64,000 nucleotides of DNA, from the sequence record OR608733.1. One strand, given 5' to 3'. Shown piece after piece: positions 1-14,901 of this stretch. The notes under the pieces are model-generated. The model was not told the DNA's origin, did not search any database, and saw only the letters and a list, made by a program, of their open reading frames with translations. How positions within the stretch are numbered: position 1 is the first letter of the stretch; the number at the start of each line of letters is the position of its first letter. The position numbers and the translations under genes were made by a program.

Positions 1-2069
<2,069 letters not shown>

Positions 2070-2089
2070 CTAAATTTTAAAGTGAGTAA

Positions 2090-4270
<2,181 letters not shown>

Positions 4271-4277
4271 GGAGCGA

Positions 4278-5153
<876 letters not shown>

Positions 5154-5161
5154 GGTGTGTA

Positions 5162-5605
5162 ATGGCTGATACAAGAGCTGAATTAGTAGCTGCTTGGAAT
5201 GTGGCTAATAAACCTAAAGATAATAATGGTAAGCCTAGGGATTTAACTGTTGATGATGTTGAATTTATAGGGACTGATACATTCTTAGCAACTGGTACAA
5301 ATGCCAAAACAACAATGAGAGCGAAGACCAGTTCACTTTATTTTAAAGGTGAGACAGTTATTTACTTTAATAGACGCTCTTTACCAGAGTACTGTCTTGG
5401 TATAAAAGTACCGGGTAAACCAACTGACTATACTGATAATTTAGAAGTAGCTGAAAAATTAAGAGATGTTTACGGTATTCCATTTATTATAGATGAGATA
5501 CAACCGCAACCTATTACTGGGAATACGGTTACGATACATCCATACTTTAATAACTTGTCGTGGATACCAACAATACCAGTAACTCTTGAATTTGAAAGTA
5601 GTTAA
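5162..5605 (+). CDS. Virion structural protein, gp126-like
   Basis: 147-aa ORF with GAGGTG SD; resembles the N-terminal domain of the preceding ORF. Confidence 0.55.
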   Translation: MADTRAELVAAWNVANKPKDNNGKPRDLTVDDVEFIGTDTFLATGTNAKTTMRAKTSSLYFKGETVIYFNRRSLPEYCLGIKVPGKPTDYTDNLEVAEKLRDVYGIPFIIDEIQPQPITGNTVTIHPYFNNLSWIPTIPVTLEFESS

Positions 5606-5627
5606 ATAAAAAAAAATAAAGACATAG

Positions 5628-5649
5628 CCCCTCTCCATGCGGAGAGGGG
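5628..5649. terminator. Bidirectional intrinsic terminator
   Basis: CCCCTCTCC-ATGC-GGAGAGGGG between convergent genes; A-tract on the left, TTTATG on the right. Confidence 0.85.
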
Positions 5650-5669
5650 TTTATGCCATTACTTAATTA

Positions 5670-6302
5670 TTACCATTCAACCTTAAATTCACCGCATTTA
5701 AATGACAGTTTATTAGATCGATGATCTCGCCCAAACCAACATCCTTCCTTGGTAACTGCATCTGCGATTTGTGGTTTAACCATATTGTTTTTGTATGATT
5801 CACGAAGTGCAGTATATAGGGCTTTATGACATGTTTCGAAGAATACCTTATTAATAGGATTCTTATCATTAACTCGTGCTAGTGAATGTTTATCAAGAAG
5901 AGTGTGCATTCCAATTGAATACTTCTGGATAGTTTCTAGATCTTTCTTAAGCGCCCAGATACCATAAGTTACTTTTAGAGAAGTATTAGCTTTGGTTGAT
6001 GGAATAAATGCTGATGGGTCATCAATCATTGGTGCTAATTGCTCAGTGGAATATGGATTATAAGAAAGATATTGTTGGCCATCCCAAATATACATATCCA
6101 TTGTATCTTGAACGACATATAGAACTAGAACTTTACCATTTGCCGGTAGATCACATTTTGTATTTACTTCTACAGTGTCATTAAAATCTGGTTTATAGTT
6201 ACTATAACTATTCATCAATACCACATCATCGAATAGTCCTGCCATATTCACCGTATTTTTGTTTAGTAATTCTTTAAAGAATTTATTCATTTTAGCTAGC
6301 AT
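5670..6302 (-). CDS. Hypothetical protein (gp125 position)
   Basis: 210-aa ORF with AAGGAG SD. Confidence 0.75.
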   Translation of the reverse strand: MLAKMNKFFKELLNKNTVNMAGLFDDVVLMNSYSNYKPDFNDTVEVNTKCDLPANGKVLVLYVVQDTMDMYIWDGQQYLSYNPYSTEQLAPMIDDPSAFIPSTKANTSLKVTYGIWALKKDLETIQKYSIGMHTLLDKHSLARVNDKNPINKVFFETCHKALYTALRESYKNNMVKPQIADAVTKEGCWFGRDHRSNKLSFKCGEFKVEW

Positions 6303-6355
6303 TGTATTACTCCTTTTTTACAATATTTGATTAAACTATACATTACTCATAAATA

Positions 6356-6375
6356 AGCCCCTCCGAAGAGGGGCT
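6356..6375 (-). terminator. Intrinsic terminator after the gp124-like gene
   Basis: AGCCCCTC-CGAA-GAGGGGCT; UUCG loop on the minus strand, followed by TTATTT. Confidence 0.85.
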
Positions 6376-6382
6376 TTCATGC

Positions 6383-8548
6383 TTATTTGATAAGCTTAAG
6401 TAGAACAGCATTATCAACAAGAGCGCCACGAATAACTTGTAGATAAGATCCATCAGCAGTGATAATGTACATTTTGTGGGTACGTGCATCATCTGAATCT
6501 TTAGAGCTATTTAGACGCTTTGCCATTCCCATGATTACTTGAGTAATCTTAGGTTCAGTAAGTTTACTGATAAGCACTGCTTTCTCGGTATAAATATTTA
6601 GGCAGGATAGTTCCTCAAGGCGCCAGCCAGTTTGGAAACGCACTGATAGATCTAGAATAGAATTACCTTCTTCTGGATCAATATTAACACACATACTCCG
6701 TCCAACAATAAACGGAATACTAGCGGTAAATTTATCAGCTACTGACTTACCCTTCTTACCGATCAGATATGCGATAAGGTCACCGATATCTTCACAGAAG
6801 TCATCAATGGTTACCTTCTGACTCATTGAATCAGCCAGGAACTCATTAACTGCACTGGTGAGCCTTTCAACTAGGAACCGATAGTAGCGTTGAGCCAGCT
6901 TACCATCTAGCATTAGTTGCTTAAGGCGCTTTGCAATTAGATGCGGATCGGGTTCTTTTCGAATATCCTCGATCTCATACATGACTTCAGTTGAAGCATC
7001 AAATGGATGGGATGATGCTGCGCGATACTCATGTGCTGGAACTACATCATCTTCGCTTAGCTCAAGTGCTTCACGAACTGCATTGAGTGCACCAGCTTCT
7101 GCTTCAAGATTATTTGCACAAGCAATATAACCTTCTAGGATAACTGGATCATGTTCACGATTATCAGTTAACCCAGCATCATTTGGTGAAAACTCTTCGG
7201 CTACTTCTTTAACCGGTTTGGCATCACCCATAATGGTAGATAGCTTATAACTGGTTGCAGTACGCGCACCACCACCACGATGTGCTTGACGACGGAGATC
7301 ATCTTGAAGCTCATGCTTTAGATAATCCATTTCCATGTGATTCTCCCACTTACGATATACTTCATGTACAGTGTTATCAGGCCATTTAGCAAGGAAGCGA
7401 CAATATACTGCCGGATCCATTAGGATGCTGTATGGATTAGCTGAACTAGCAGTACGTACCCAATCAGGTTTATCTGCAACTAGATGAGCAGGTCGGATTT
7501 CAATGCCACCTGGATTATAGATAACATCCATCGGACGATCTTTATTAATTACAAATCCATTGGGTACATAATAGTTCGGATCGAATACGAGTTCTTTCAC
7601 ATCTTGAGGGATGGGTAGATCCGTATTATCATTAGTTACAGTATTTGCATTTTGTTGTAGTTCAGGTAGAATCATTACATCACCTCCACCAGGGATTGTA
7701 TCATAACTACTATTTGGAGATACTTCAACAGTGGCACCCCAAGAGTCTTTAGGTTGCATGACTGGTTTGTTTTCCAGGAAAGGAGAAGAACCAGGTACGT
7801 CATATGCAGCATTTGCAATTGATGGACCAGTGTCATGATTAGTTGTTGGTGTATATGCCCCTGGAATGTTCAGCTGCGGATTAGCCATGGTAGCCGGTTG
7901 ACCATAGGTCTGTTGGATACCTGCGTTAATTGGAGGTAGTTGTGAACTCATGCCAGGACGACCCATTGCTGCACCCATCCCAGGGAAACTTCCAGGCTGT
8001 ACACCAGGTTGTTGATATCCACCCTGCATCATGGTGTTACCACCCATACGCATCTTTTGGATATCTGATTCAATCTGCCCGATTACACCAAGTGCCTGTT
8101 GGATATTCGGCATTAGATGTTGAACTAGACTTTGTAGCTGCGGGAAGGTTTGAGCACATTTACCAACAAAACCAGACCATACTAGAGATGCAGCTTGCTG
8201 CATTGCCTGCTGTGGGTTATTCACCATTTGACGATGAATAAATAGAAACTCTAGAAAGTCAATAACTTTCTGAGCCCACTGCTGATAATAGTTATTCTGA
8301 AAACCATTACTAGATAGCAGATTATACGCAAATGCATGAAGCTGGGTGGTAGTAGCAGCATTTTGAGCATTCAGCCGGAACAGCCCAATTACACCATTGA
8401 AATATGGTTGTAGTTGAGGATGTTGTTGATGTGGTGATAACTGTAGCGGTAGGCTAAACAGATAATTCCCATTAGGTAGGTTAGGATCGAAAGTACTGGT
8501 ATCTACACTCTCAAAATCGACAGGTAGATTGTACTGTGCATAGTTCAT
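6383..8548 (-). CDS. Conserved hypothetical protein (gp124 position) with Q/G/P/M-rich low-complexity segment
   Basis: 721-aa ORF immediately downstream of the nvRNAP subunit gene. Confidence 0.75.
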   Translation of the reverse strand: MNYAQYNLPVDFESVDTSTFDPNLPNGNYLFSLPLQLSPHQQHPQLQPYFNGVIGLFRLNAQNAATTTQLHAFAYNLLSSNGFQNNYYQQWAQKVIDFLEFLFIHRQMVNNPQQAMQQAASLVWSGFVGKCAQTFPQLQSLVQHLMPNIQQALGVIGQIESDIQKMRMGGNTMMQGGYQQPGVQPGSFPGMGAAMGRPGMSSQLPPINAGIQQTYGQPATMANPQLNIPGAYTPTTNHDTGPSIANAAYDVPGSSPFLENKPVMQPKDSWGATVEVSPNSSYDTIPGGGDVMILPELQQNANTVTNDNTDLPIPQDVKELVFDPNYYVPNGFVINKDRPMDVIYNPGGIEIRPAHLVADKPDWVRTASSANPYSILMDPAVYCRFLAKWPDNTVHEVYRKWENHMEMDYLKHELQDDLRRQAHRGGGARTATSYKLSTIMGDAKPVKEVAEEFSPNDAGLTDNREHDPVILEGYIACANNLEAEAGALNAVREALELSEDDVVPAHEYRAASSHPFDASTEVMYEIEDIRKEPDPHLIAKRLKQLMLDGKLAQRYYRFLVERLTSAVNEFLADSMSQKVTIDDFCEDIGDLIAYLIGKKGKSVADKFTASIPFIVGRSMCVNIDPEEGNSILDLSVRFQTGWRLEELSCLNIYTEKAVLISKLTEPKITQVIMGMAKRLNSSKDSDDARTHKMYIITADGSYLQVIRGALVDNAVLLKLIK

Positions 8549-8583
8549 GTGAATAATACCTATTAAGTAGTTAAAGATTTAAT

Positions 8584-10215
8584 TTATTTTGCACGGAACA
8601 TTAATTGAGCGTTGTCAATTATTTCACGCACTTCTTCACGACGTTCAACTAGTCCAGTTGGACCCACTTTGGTATACATATTAAGCCTACCTCGACCATC
8701 CGGGTTGTTCTTAGGTTGGTTTTTATATTGACCTACCTCAGCAATAGATGCGTGAATAATCCTAGATGAGTCATTGATTAGAGACTTATTATGAGCCTTA
8801 GCTGTTTTAGCGCGATCCTGTGTAACTAGGATAGATGTCCCTTTAATCAACATACTGGAGTTTGGATTACTCATTGTATCGAGTTCACCATGGTCCACTG
8901 TTAATCGTTTAATAGCTGTCTGTAGTTTAAAAGAACGTTTTAAACCTTCGTTTAGCTCTTGTACAGTCCATTCACGATCACGCCTAGACTGGAACATATA
9001 ACCAAACATACTTACAGCATAGTTAAACTCTGACATCAAGTAATGCAGTACTGTTAACCTTTTACCATACATACTAGTTTCATCAATATCAGTAGCATAA
9101 AGATGATGAGCCAAACTAGTCATGATCTCGTAAAGAAGTTCCCAAATAGTACTTACATTGACACCAACTGTTTTAAGTTCTTCAATAGTCATTTCGTCTA
9201 GTGAATTACAGAAACTGTGTAGGTGTGAATCAATGTTTTCCTCTACTTTACCTTGGTGCTCAAAATCACCAAACACCATGTGACCTAGGATAACACGCCA
9301 TAAGTTGGTACTATCTACATATTCAGGTCGAGTAAACCGCATTGGAAATGCATCGACCACATACCAGAAACCAGCGATAAGTCGTGTGGCAAAAATAGAT
9401 TCTTGATGACGAGGTATAACAAGAACCATTTCACCGGTGGGATGTTTGCCTTTTAATGTTGCACTGGAATAAATATTCCACTTTTCACGTGGATATTCTT
9501 CTTCAGGAAAATCAGACAGCAGTCCACACTTAACATCTACATTAGCCCATTGTTTGAAAGTTTGAGTTACTCCAAACTGACAGAAGAAATAATGAGCTAA
9601 ACATGACTCAATATGTGGTCGATTATCCAGATCTCGTTTAGTACGCTTAGCCATTTCATTGTGAATCTGTGACCAGATCACATACATGATTTTACGCTGA
9701 CCATTGCACATGTAATGGTGGTCAGTTTGTTTAAAGGTTAGCTTAGTACGACGAAACGGGATGAAGATGCTATCATTAAGTACAGAGAACCCAACATCAG
9801 TTAATACTGGTGAACCGATATATTTCGCACCATTGATAGTTACCATATTGCCTCTCTTAAAAGCTGGTAACAACATTGGACGAGGATAAAGCATTTCCCC
9901 TTTATAACTAAACATTAGGTCAATCATGTACATGTCAGTTGGAGCAATATTGGCAATACGCTTAGCATTATATTCCCGAGTAATCTCTTCAAAATGCTTA
10001 AGCGGTGTACATGCACGATTGCCTTCATATTTGAAGCCATCGGGAAATAGAACTGAACTGATATCAAATAAAGAATCAATATAACGCCTGGTCATATTAA
10101 CACCAGTATTTGGATCACGAGTCATGGTGTGTTCGACTGTGATACCATTTGCTAGTGTTGGATTCATGCAAGGCGTATTTTCACGAATCTTTTCAATTAG
10201 AAATGGATCCGGCAT
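8584..10215 (-). CDS. gp123: Non-virion RNA polymerase beta-like subunit, N-terminal part
   Basis: 543 aa; C-terminal IIHASIAEVGQYKNQPKNNPDGRGRLN resembles the beta rifampicin-region motif; size and synteny match phiKZ gp123. Confidence 0.85.
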   Translation of the reverse strand: MPDPFLIEKIRENTPCMNPTLANGITVEHTMTRDPNTGVNMTRRYIDSLFDISSVLFPDGFKYEGNRACTPLKHFEEITREYNAKRIANIAPTDMYMIDLMFSYKGEMLYPRPMLLPAFKRGNMVTINGAKYIGSPVLTDVGFSVLNDSIFIPFRRTKLTFKQTDHHYMCNGQRKIMYVIWSQIHNEMAKRTKRDLDNRPHIESCLAHYFFCQFGVTQTFKQWANVDVKCGLLSDFPEEEYPREKWNIYSSATLKGKHPTGEMVLVIPRHQESIFATRLIAGFWYVVDAFPMRFTRPEYVDSTNLWRVILGHMVFGDFEHQGKVEENIDSHLHSFCNSLDEMTIEELKTVGVNVSTIWELLYEIMTSLAHHLYATDIDETSMYGKRLTVLHYLMSEFNYAVSMFGYMFQSRRDREWTVQELNEGLKRSFKLQTAIKRLTVDHGELDTMSNPNSSMLIKGTSILVTQDRAKTAKAHNKSLINDSSRIIHASIAEVGQYKNQPKNNPDGRGRLNMYTKVGPTGLVERREEVREIIDNAQLMFRAK

Positions 10216-10224
10216 TATAAACTC

Positions 10225-11307
10225 CTAAACTTTTGGCAAAATTAAATCCATCAGTGAACCTACAATTTTAATGGATGATACTAGATCAGAGGCAATGGAG
10301 TTTAGATCACCCCATTTTAGACCATGAATCAATACAACATCTTTTGGTTTGAATTCTTTATCAAACGTACCAGCTGCTTTTTCCTGGGCTTCCCTTTCCT
10401 TAATATCAGCTGCTGTTAAGAGCGCAGTCTTAAGACGTTCAATAACTTTCTTATCTTTAATTCCAACCATTGCAGCAGCTTCTTCATGTGTTCTAAAGAA
10501 ACCATTTTCATGGAACTGTTCAGGAGGTATTACATATCTCTTTTCGCCATTATGACTGATACACCCATGCTTACCACGGATATTAACAATAAGACCAGGA
10601 TCTAATGATGGATTATAGATTGACTCAATGGCCATAATTCTGCCAGCCATTACATAAAACAATTTATCTGGTTTATTGATGTCAGTATTATACGTTAAAG
10701 AATATGTTTCATTCCATACTTGATTAGAAAGTGCTTCTTCTTCTGGACTAAGTCCGCTGTAACCAGGAGGACTAATATTTCTATTTGGATAAAATTCAAA
10801 ATACTGACTATACTCAGTTTTAAATACTTGGATACCTAAACTCTGAATCCAACCACCATGATACTGATCTACTAGTTTTGATAAGTCAATTGAATACCAA
10901 ATAGTAATCTCAGATAACTGGTTATTAAACTGATCGAATGTCTGTCGACTAAATGACTGAATATATTCTAACATTTCCTCAGGTGTAAAACCTGGAATAG
11001 ATTTAGCCATAACTTCATAGTTAAAACTATCATCACCACTCCATCGGTAAATGACCTTAACTACCAGTCTATTAGACATTACATACTTACGGGATGTCCC
11101 AATATTGATAGCGTGACCAGACGAATCAACTACAGTAATACGATGAAATGATTCATTCCGATACTCAACAAAACGTGAGACAGGGAGATTCCAATTAGCG
11201 TATGGATCACCCTTAGTGTATGCAGTTCCCGATTTCTTATCATACGGGTGATCGATAGTAGGCTTAACTGATACTTGAGTAAGCCCCGCAATTTTTAGTG
11301 TTACCAT
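10225..11307 (-). CDS. Conserved hypothetical protein (gp122 position)
   Basis: 360-aa ORF between the gp121-like gene and gp123. Confidence 0.75.
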   Translation of the reverse strand: MVTLKIAGLTQVSVKPTIDHPYDKKSGTAYTKGDPYANWNLPVSRFVEYRNESFHRITVVDSSGHAINIGTSRKYVMSNRLVVKVIYRWSGDDSFNYEVMAKSIPGFTPEEMLEYIQSFSRQTFDQFNNQLSEITIWYSIDLSKLVDQYHGGWIQSLGIQVFKTEYSQYFEFYPNRNISPPGYSGLSPEEEALSNQVWNETYSLTYNTDINKPDKLFYVMAGRIMAIESIYNPSLDPGLIVNIRGKHGCISHNGEKRYVIPPEQFHENGFFRTHEEAAAMVGIKDKKVIERLKTALLTAADIKEREAQEKAAGTFDKEFKPKDVVLIHGLKWGDLNSIASDLVSSIKIVGSLMDLILPKV

Positions 11308-11716
11308 TGAAATCTACCTTAATCACAACGGCCTCCAAATCTACAATGTTGGGGAGCCTCTTTTTAGTTTGATGTACGGACCTTCCCTTGAAGGATTCAC
11401 TCTTTTCCTTATTACTTGATTTCTGCCATTTATGCGGGTCACTCGAACAATATAACTTTTCGGTGGCCCGCTTAAACTGTTTTTCTTGAGGGATCTCCTC
11501 AATGTTTTTCTTGGCATAATCTGTAATAAAGTCCTCTAGCCCTTTGGGCATAAAGGCATCCTGAACAGGATGGAATTCTTCAAAGAAAGTATTAATGTAT
11601 TTATCATCATCTACGGTAGACATCTTATTATCTACCATGGTATTTTTTTCTATAAGAGATACCCTCAGGGCATCTTGCCATCTTTCGATGACTTCTGGAA
11701 ATAATTGAACGTTCAT
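11264..11716 (-). CDS. Hypothetical early protein (gp121 position)
   Basis: 150-aa ORF directly downstream of a TATATTAC motif. Confidence 0.65.
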   Translation of the reverse strand: MNVQLFPEVIERWQDALRVSLIEKNTMVDNKMSTVDDDKYINTFFEEFHPVQDAFMPKGLEDFITDYAKKNIEEIPQEKQFKRATEKLYCSSDPHKWQKSSNKEKSESFKGRSVHQTKKRLPNIVDLEAVVIKVDFNGNTKNCGAYSSIS

Positions 11717-11759
11717 TTGGATTAACCTATTTTTAAATTAGAAGATCATGATCATTACT

Positions 11760-11780
11760 GTAATATAGATCTTAAACTTT
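11760..11780 (-). promoter_or_regulatory. phiKZ-type early (virion RNAP) promoter
   Basis: Minus strand TTTAAGATCTATATTAC; TATATTAC is the reported phiKZ early consensus. Confidence 0.7.
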
Positions 11781-11802
11781 TTTTAATGTAATACAACATA
11801 AA

Positions 11803-11822
11803 GCCCTCCCCGAAGGGAGGGC
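11803..11822 (-). terminator. Terminator after the major capsid gene
   Basis: GCCCTCCC-CGAA-GGGAGGGC; UUCG loop on the minus strand, followed by TTTATG. Confidence 0.85.
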
Positions 11823-11912
11823 CTATGTCTGTTACTCTTCTAACTTCCGGGCATTACCGTCTTCCAAATAACGGATAGTCCCATTTTCTAGATAACGGTA
11901 ACCCTTTCCAGC

Positions 11913-14156
11913 TCACGGCTTAAGATCAGCAAGCTTACCGTTGAACTGAGTTTCGCCCATGACTTTCTGGAAGCCAGTGATCTTGAACTCTAGTGCGAAC
12001 GGAATGTTGTTGACGTGTAGGTTGAACGGAATGGCCGCGATTTCGCGAGTAACCTGGTGACCACCACGGGTGATCGGTAGGTCAGCGATAACAGTAGATA
12101 CGTAGAAGAACTGACCCCAGGAGAGGATGTCGTTTTCTTGTTGTACTGCGCGGGTCGGAATTACAACTAGCTTACCATCGAATAGCTGGTTGTTGGTGGA
12201 AACGATATCGTACTTGAGATAAGCACCTAGAGTACGGTCGTCACCTTTAGTCATTAGATAGTTAGCAATCTCTTTGTCGGAGCAGAAGAGATACATCGGA
12301 GTTTCATCCTGGTTACCGGAGATAACACGGAAGGCAGCTTCAATGTTGGAATCACGGTGAGCCGGGAATAGCTCAGCTTTAACACAGTTTAGGATCGCAG
12401 CGCAAACGTCGTCCCAACGATCTTTAGACTTGATGGTGTCGATGACTTTCTCAAGATCTAGTTCTTTGTAACGATAGGTCGGACGCATTACAGCGGATAG
12501 TGCACCTTCGATGATACCAAACTTCGGACGGTTGTAACCATTGTGTACAACTTCACGTAGTTGAGCAAGGTAGTTAAGCATGCGCTTAACAGCGTTGTTG
12601 CTGTTACGGATGTTGGTGTTAACGGTTAGAGCTTTAACAACCTCACCCGGACCTTCATCGGTCATGGTGTCCATCGGTAGAGTTACAGGAGCGTGCATCG
12701 GGATCGGATGACGGAACTGTAGTGCACGGGTCTGTAGTAGGTGACCACGCTGACGACGGTTGGTGTTGGTGAAGCGAGTATCTAGTTCGAAACCGATAAC
12801 AGCTAGGTCAGTTAGCTGATCTAGAATAGCTTTAACAGCCGGGTCAGCATTATCCATTACTTGACCATCTTCGTTTAGAACTTTATCGACGTAAGTGTCG
12901 GTAGCACCAAACTTAGAATCGCCTTTGGATAGGCTGATAGTACCGCCGAAACCAACGCTTAGACGTAGGCTTAGTTTAGCAGTCTTAAGGTCGTTAATAA
13001 CGCCATCAGCTGAACCGTCGATGAAAGTGGTATCGCCACTAACAACAAGGTCATCGCTATCGAAACGGATAACTGCGTTCCGGGTATCACCAACTAGATC
13101 GGGCTGGAACACAGCGCGAGGTAGACGGTCAACCTTGAACTTAACAACTTTACCGCCGAGTAGAACGAATAGGTTCTTTAGACGACCAGCCGGATCAATG
13201 GTGTCAGAAACTTCAAGCATGCCACGCTGAATGAGTAGGTTAGCATTGGAGTTACCCATTAGATCAAGACGTACGTTCGCTTTTAGCGGAGCAGTAGTGA
13301 TAGTTAGGTTCTGCTCGTTCTTGATGGTGTACGGAGGAACAAGAGCCGGGTCTACGAAGAAGTCAGCATTGGAACCAGCCGGATCTAGGGCAGGAATTAG
13401 TGCAATGCTTTCGTCGTCGAGGATGGAAGGATCACGATAGGCTTCTACCATGTTCACTTCTTCGTTATCCATCTTAACGCCGGATACTTCGTGGTAAACG
13501 TCTTTCATTACAGCGATGTAAGGAAGAACCTGAACAACACCACCTTCAATCGGGTTGATAACGGTGGTCGGATAGATACGCTCAGCGAATTCATCCTGAC
13601 GGCTAGCAGCTAGGTTATAACCAATAGTTACAACACGGAAATCACGCTGTGACTTCTCGTTATAGTTCTCTAGGCCAACACCATTTTCGAATACTTGAAT
13701 GCCACCAGCGGGGCCATTGAACTGATGCTGTACAACCTTAACATGATCTTCATTAGAAGCTTTAGCTTTGGTAATACCACGTAGTGCACGGATATATTTA
13801 GTTTCATCAGCACAGGCGATAGCAGCCATGGTAGCAGCGGTGATCTGGTTCTCACGGACACGTTCTTCACGAGCACGTACTTGAGGATCACTGGAACTTA
13901 CTCGTTCGAAACCATAGTCGTTAACGAGCATTTGCATTTTGTTATAAATTGCAGCAGCATCTTGAACGTCGGTAGCTTGTACGGTACCGAAGTTTTCATG
14001 TGAAATGGTGCTAACAAGGGAACGACCTTGACTAACAACGCTGTCATTTAGACCAATTTCACTTTCTAGGCGGCCAATGAAATCTTCCATTGAGAAGACT
14101 TCGTATTTCTTTTCGCCTTTGTGTTTAAACAGTTCTCTTAGGGCATGTACGCTCAT
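11913..14156 (-). CDS. gp120: Major capsid protein
   Basis: 747 aa; N-terminus MSVHALRELFKHKGEKK recognised as the phiKZ MCP; S/G-x-E protease motifs in the propeptide; C-ending codon bias of a highly expressed gene. Confidence 0.95.
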   Translation of the reverse strand: MSVHALRELFKHKGEKKYEVFSMEDFIGRLESEIGLNDSVVSQGRSLVSTISHENFGTVQATDVQDAAAIYNKMQMLVNDYGFERVSSSDPQVRAREERVRENQITAATMAAIACADETKYIRALRGITKAKASNEDHVKVVQHQFNGPAGGIQVFENGVGLENYNEKSQRDFRVVTIGYNLAASRQDEFAERIYPTTVINPIEGGVVQVLPYIAVMKDVYHEVSGVKMDNEEVNMVEAYRDPSILDDESIALIPALDPAGSNADFFVDPALVPPYTIKNEQNLTITTAPLKANVRLDLMGNSNANLLIQRGMLEVSDTIDPAGRLKNLFVLLGGKVVKFKVDRLPRAVFQPDLVGDTRNAVIRFDSDDLVVSGDTTFIDGSADGVINDLKTAKLSLRLSVGFGGTISLSKGDSKFGATDTYVDKVLNEDGQVMDNADPAVKAILDQLTDLAVIGFELDTRFTNTNRRQRGHLLQTRALQFRHPIPMHAPVTLPMDTMTDEGPGEVVKALTVNTNIRNSNNAVKRMLNYLAQLREVVHNGYNRPKFGIIEGALSAVMRPTYRYKELDLEKVIDTIKSKDRWDDVCAAILNCVKAELFPAHRDSNIEAAFRVISGNQDETPMYLFCSDKEIANYLMTKGDDRTLGAYLKYDIVSTNNQLFDGKLVVIPTRAVQQENDILSWGQFFYVSTVIADLPITRGGHQVTREIAAIPFNLHVNNIPFALEFKITGFQKVMGETQFNGKLADLKP

Positions 14157-14228
14157 TTTTTATTCCTACGTAGGATGAGTTTTTGGTTTAAAAATTTGGG
14201 TCTACTAAGCATCTTTTCCGGAATCAAC

Positions 14229-14762
14229 CTAGCAGCTCTCCAAATAATAGGTAAAAATTTGTGTTGACGCCACGGATTCACGTGGGCGGGTGTTCAACAT
14301 TTCATTTATCATACTATCAAAGAAAGTATGGTTAAGTTGAATTGAGACACGTCTAGGATCGCTACTTGCAATGTGCGCACTCTGCTGCACCGCAACCCAC
14401 AGATTCTCATCTACAGGATATAGGTAATAATCGTACACTAAATTACGGTTACCTGCATCCCTAAGTTCATTAGTCGCTAGGCGGCTCTCTAAACGATTGT
14501 GTAAATCCTTCATCTTAAATTGGTCAGGACCGTCTATTTCACCTAGCTCAGCAACTTTGATTATCGGGCTTACTGCTAACTTAATATCTAGTTTTTCTGG
14601 TAATAGAAAGGGGAAAGCAGTTAAAGCCTGATGTATCTCCGCAAGATCATTTACGGAGGTTTCGGAAACTATATAGTTGGTGTCTAACAATTTGTTAAAT
14701 TGTACACCTGCTGTTTTATATGATTCAAAAACAGCTTTTGGCATAACCAGAACTTGGGTCAT
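14229..14762 (-). CDS. gp119: Minor capsid / virion protein, gp119-like
   Basis: 177 aa, directly upstream of the MCP and downstream of the late promoter. Confidence 0.75.
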   Translation of the reverse strand: MTQVLVMPKAVFESYKTAGVQFNKLLDTNYIVSETSVNDLAEIHQALTAFPFLLPEKLDIKLAVSPIIKVAELGEIDGPDQFKMKDLHNRLESRLATNELRDAGNRNLVYDYYLYPVDENLWVAVQQSAHIASSDPRRVSIQLNHTFFDSMINEMLNTRPRESVASTQIFTYYLESC

Positions 14763-14804
14763 TGTGAAAGTACCTATATTGTAACTTTAGGCTTTTGGGA
14801 ACTG

Positions 14805-14845
14805 TCTACATAGCAATATAGCAAATACATTCACTAAAATTACTA
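14805..14845 (-). promoter_or_regulatory. Late promoter (P119L-type), TATG at 14812-14809
   Basis: Minus strand AGTAATTTTAGTGAATGTATTTGCTATATTGCTATGTAGAC matches my recall of the nvRNAP assay template; TATG is the reported late consensus. Confidence 0.75.
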
Positions 14846-14901
14846 GCTATCTAAATGATACACTGTACATCTCTTAATTTCACAATTGGAAATCTATAAA
14901 A

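Noticed and set aside
12895-13891. ORFs of 111, 69 and 73 aa within the capsid gene
   Set aside because: Shadows produced by the biased codon usage of the MCP
11913-14156. Higher GC of the capsid gene as a sign of horizontal transfer
   Set aside because: Better explained by host-adapted codon bias in a very highly expressed core gene
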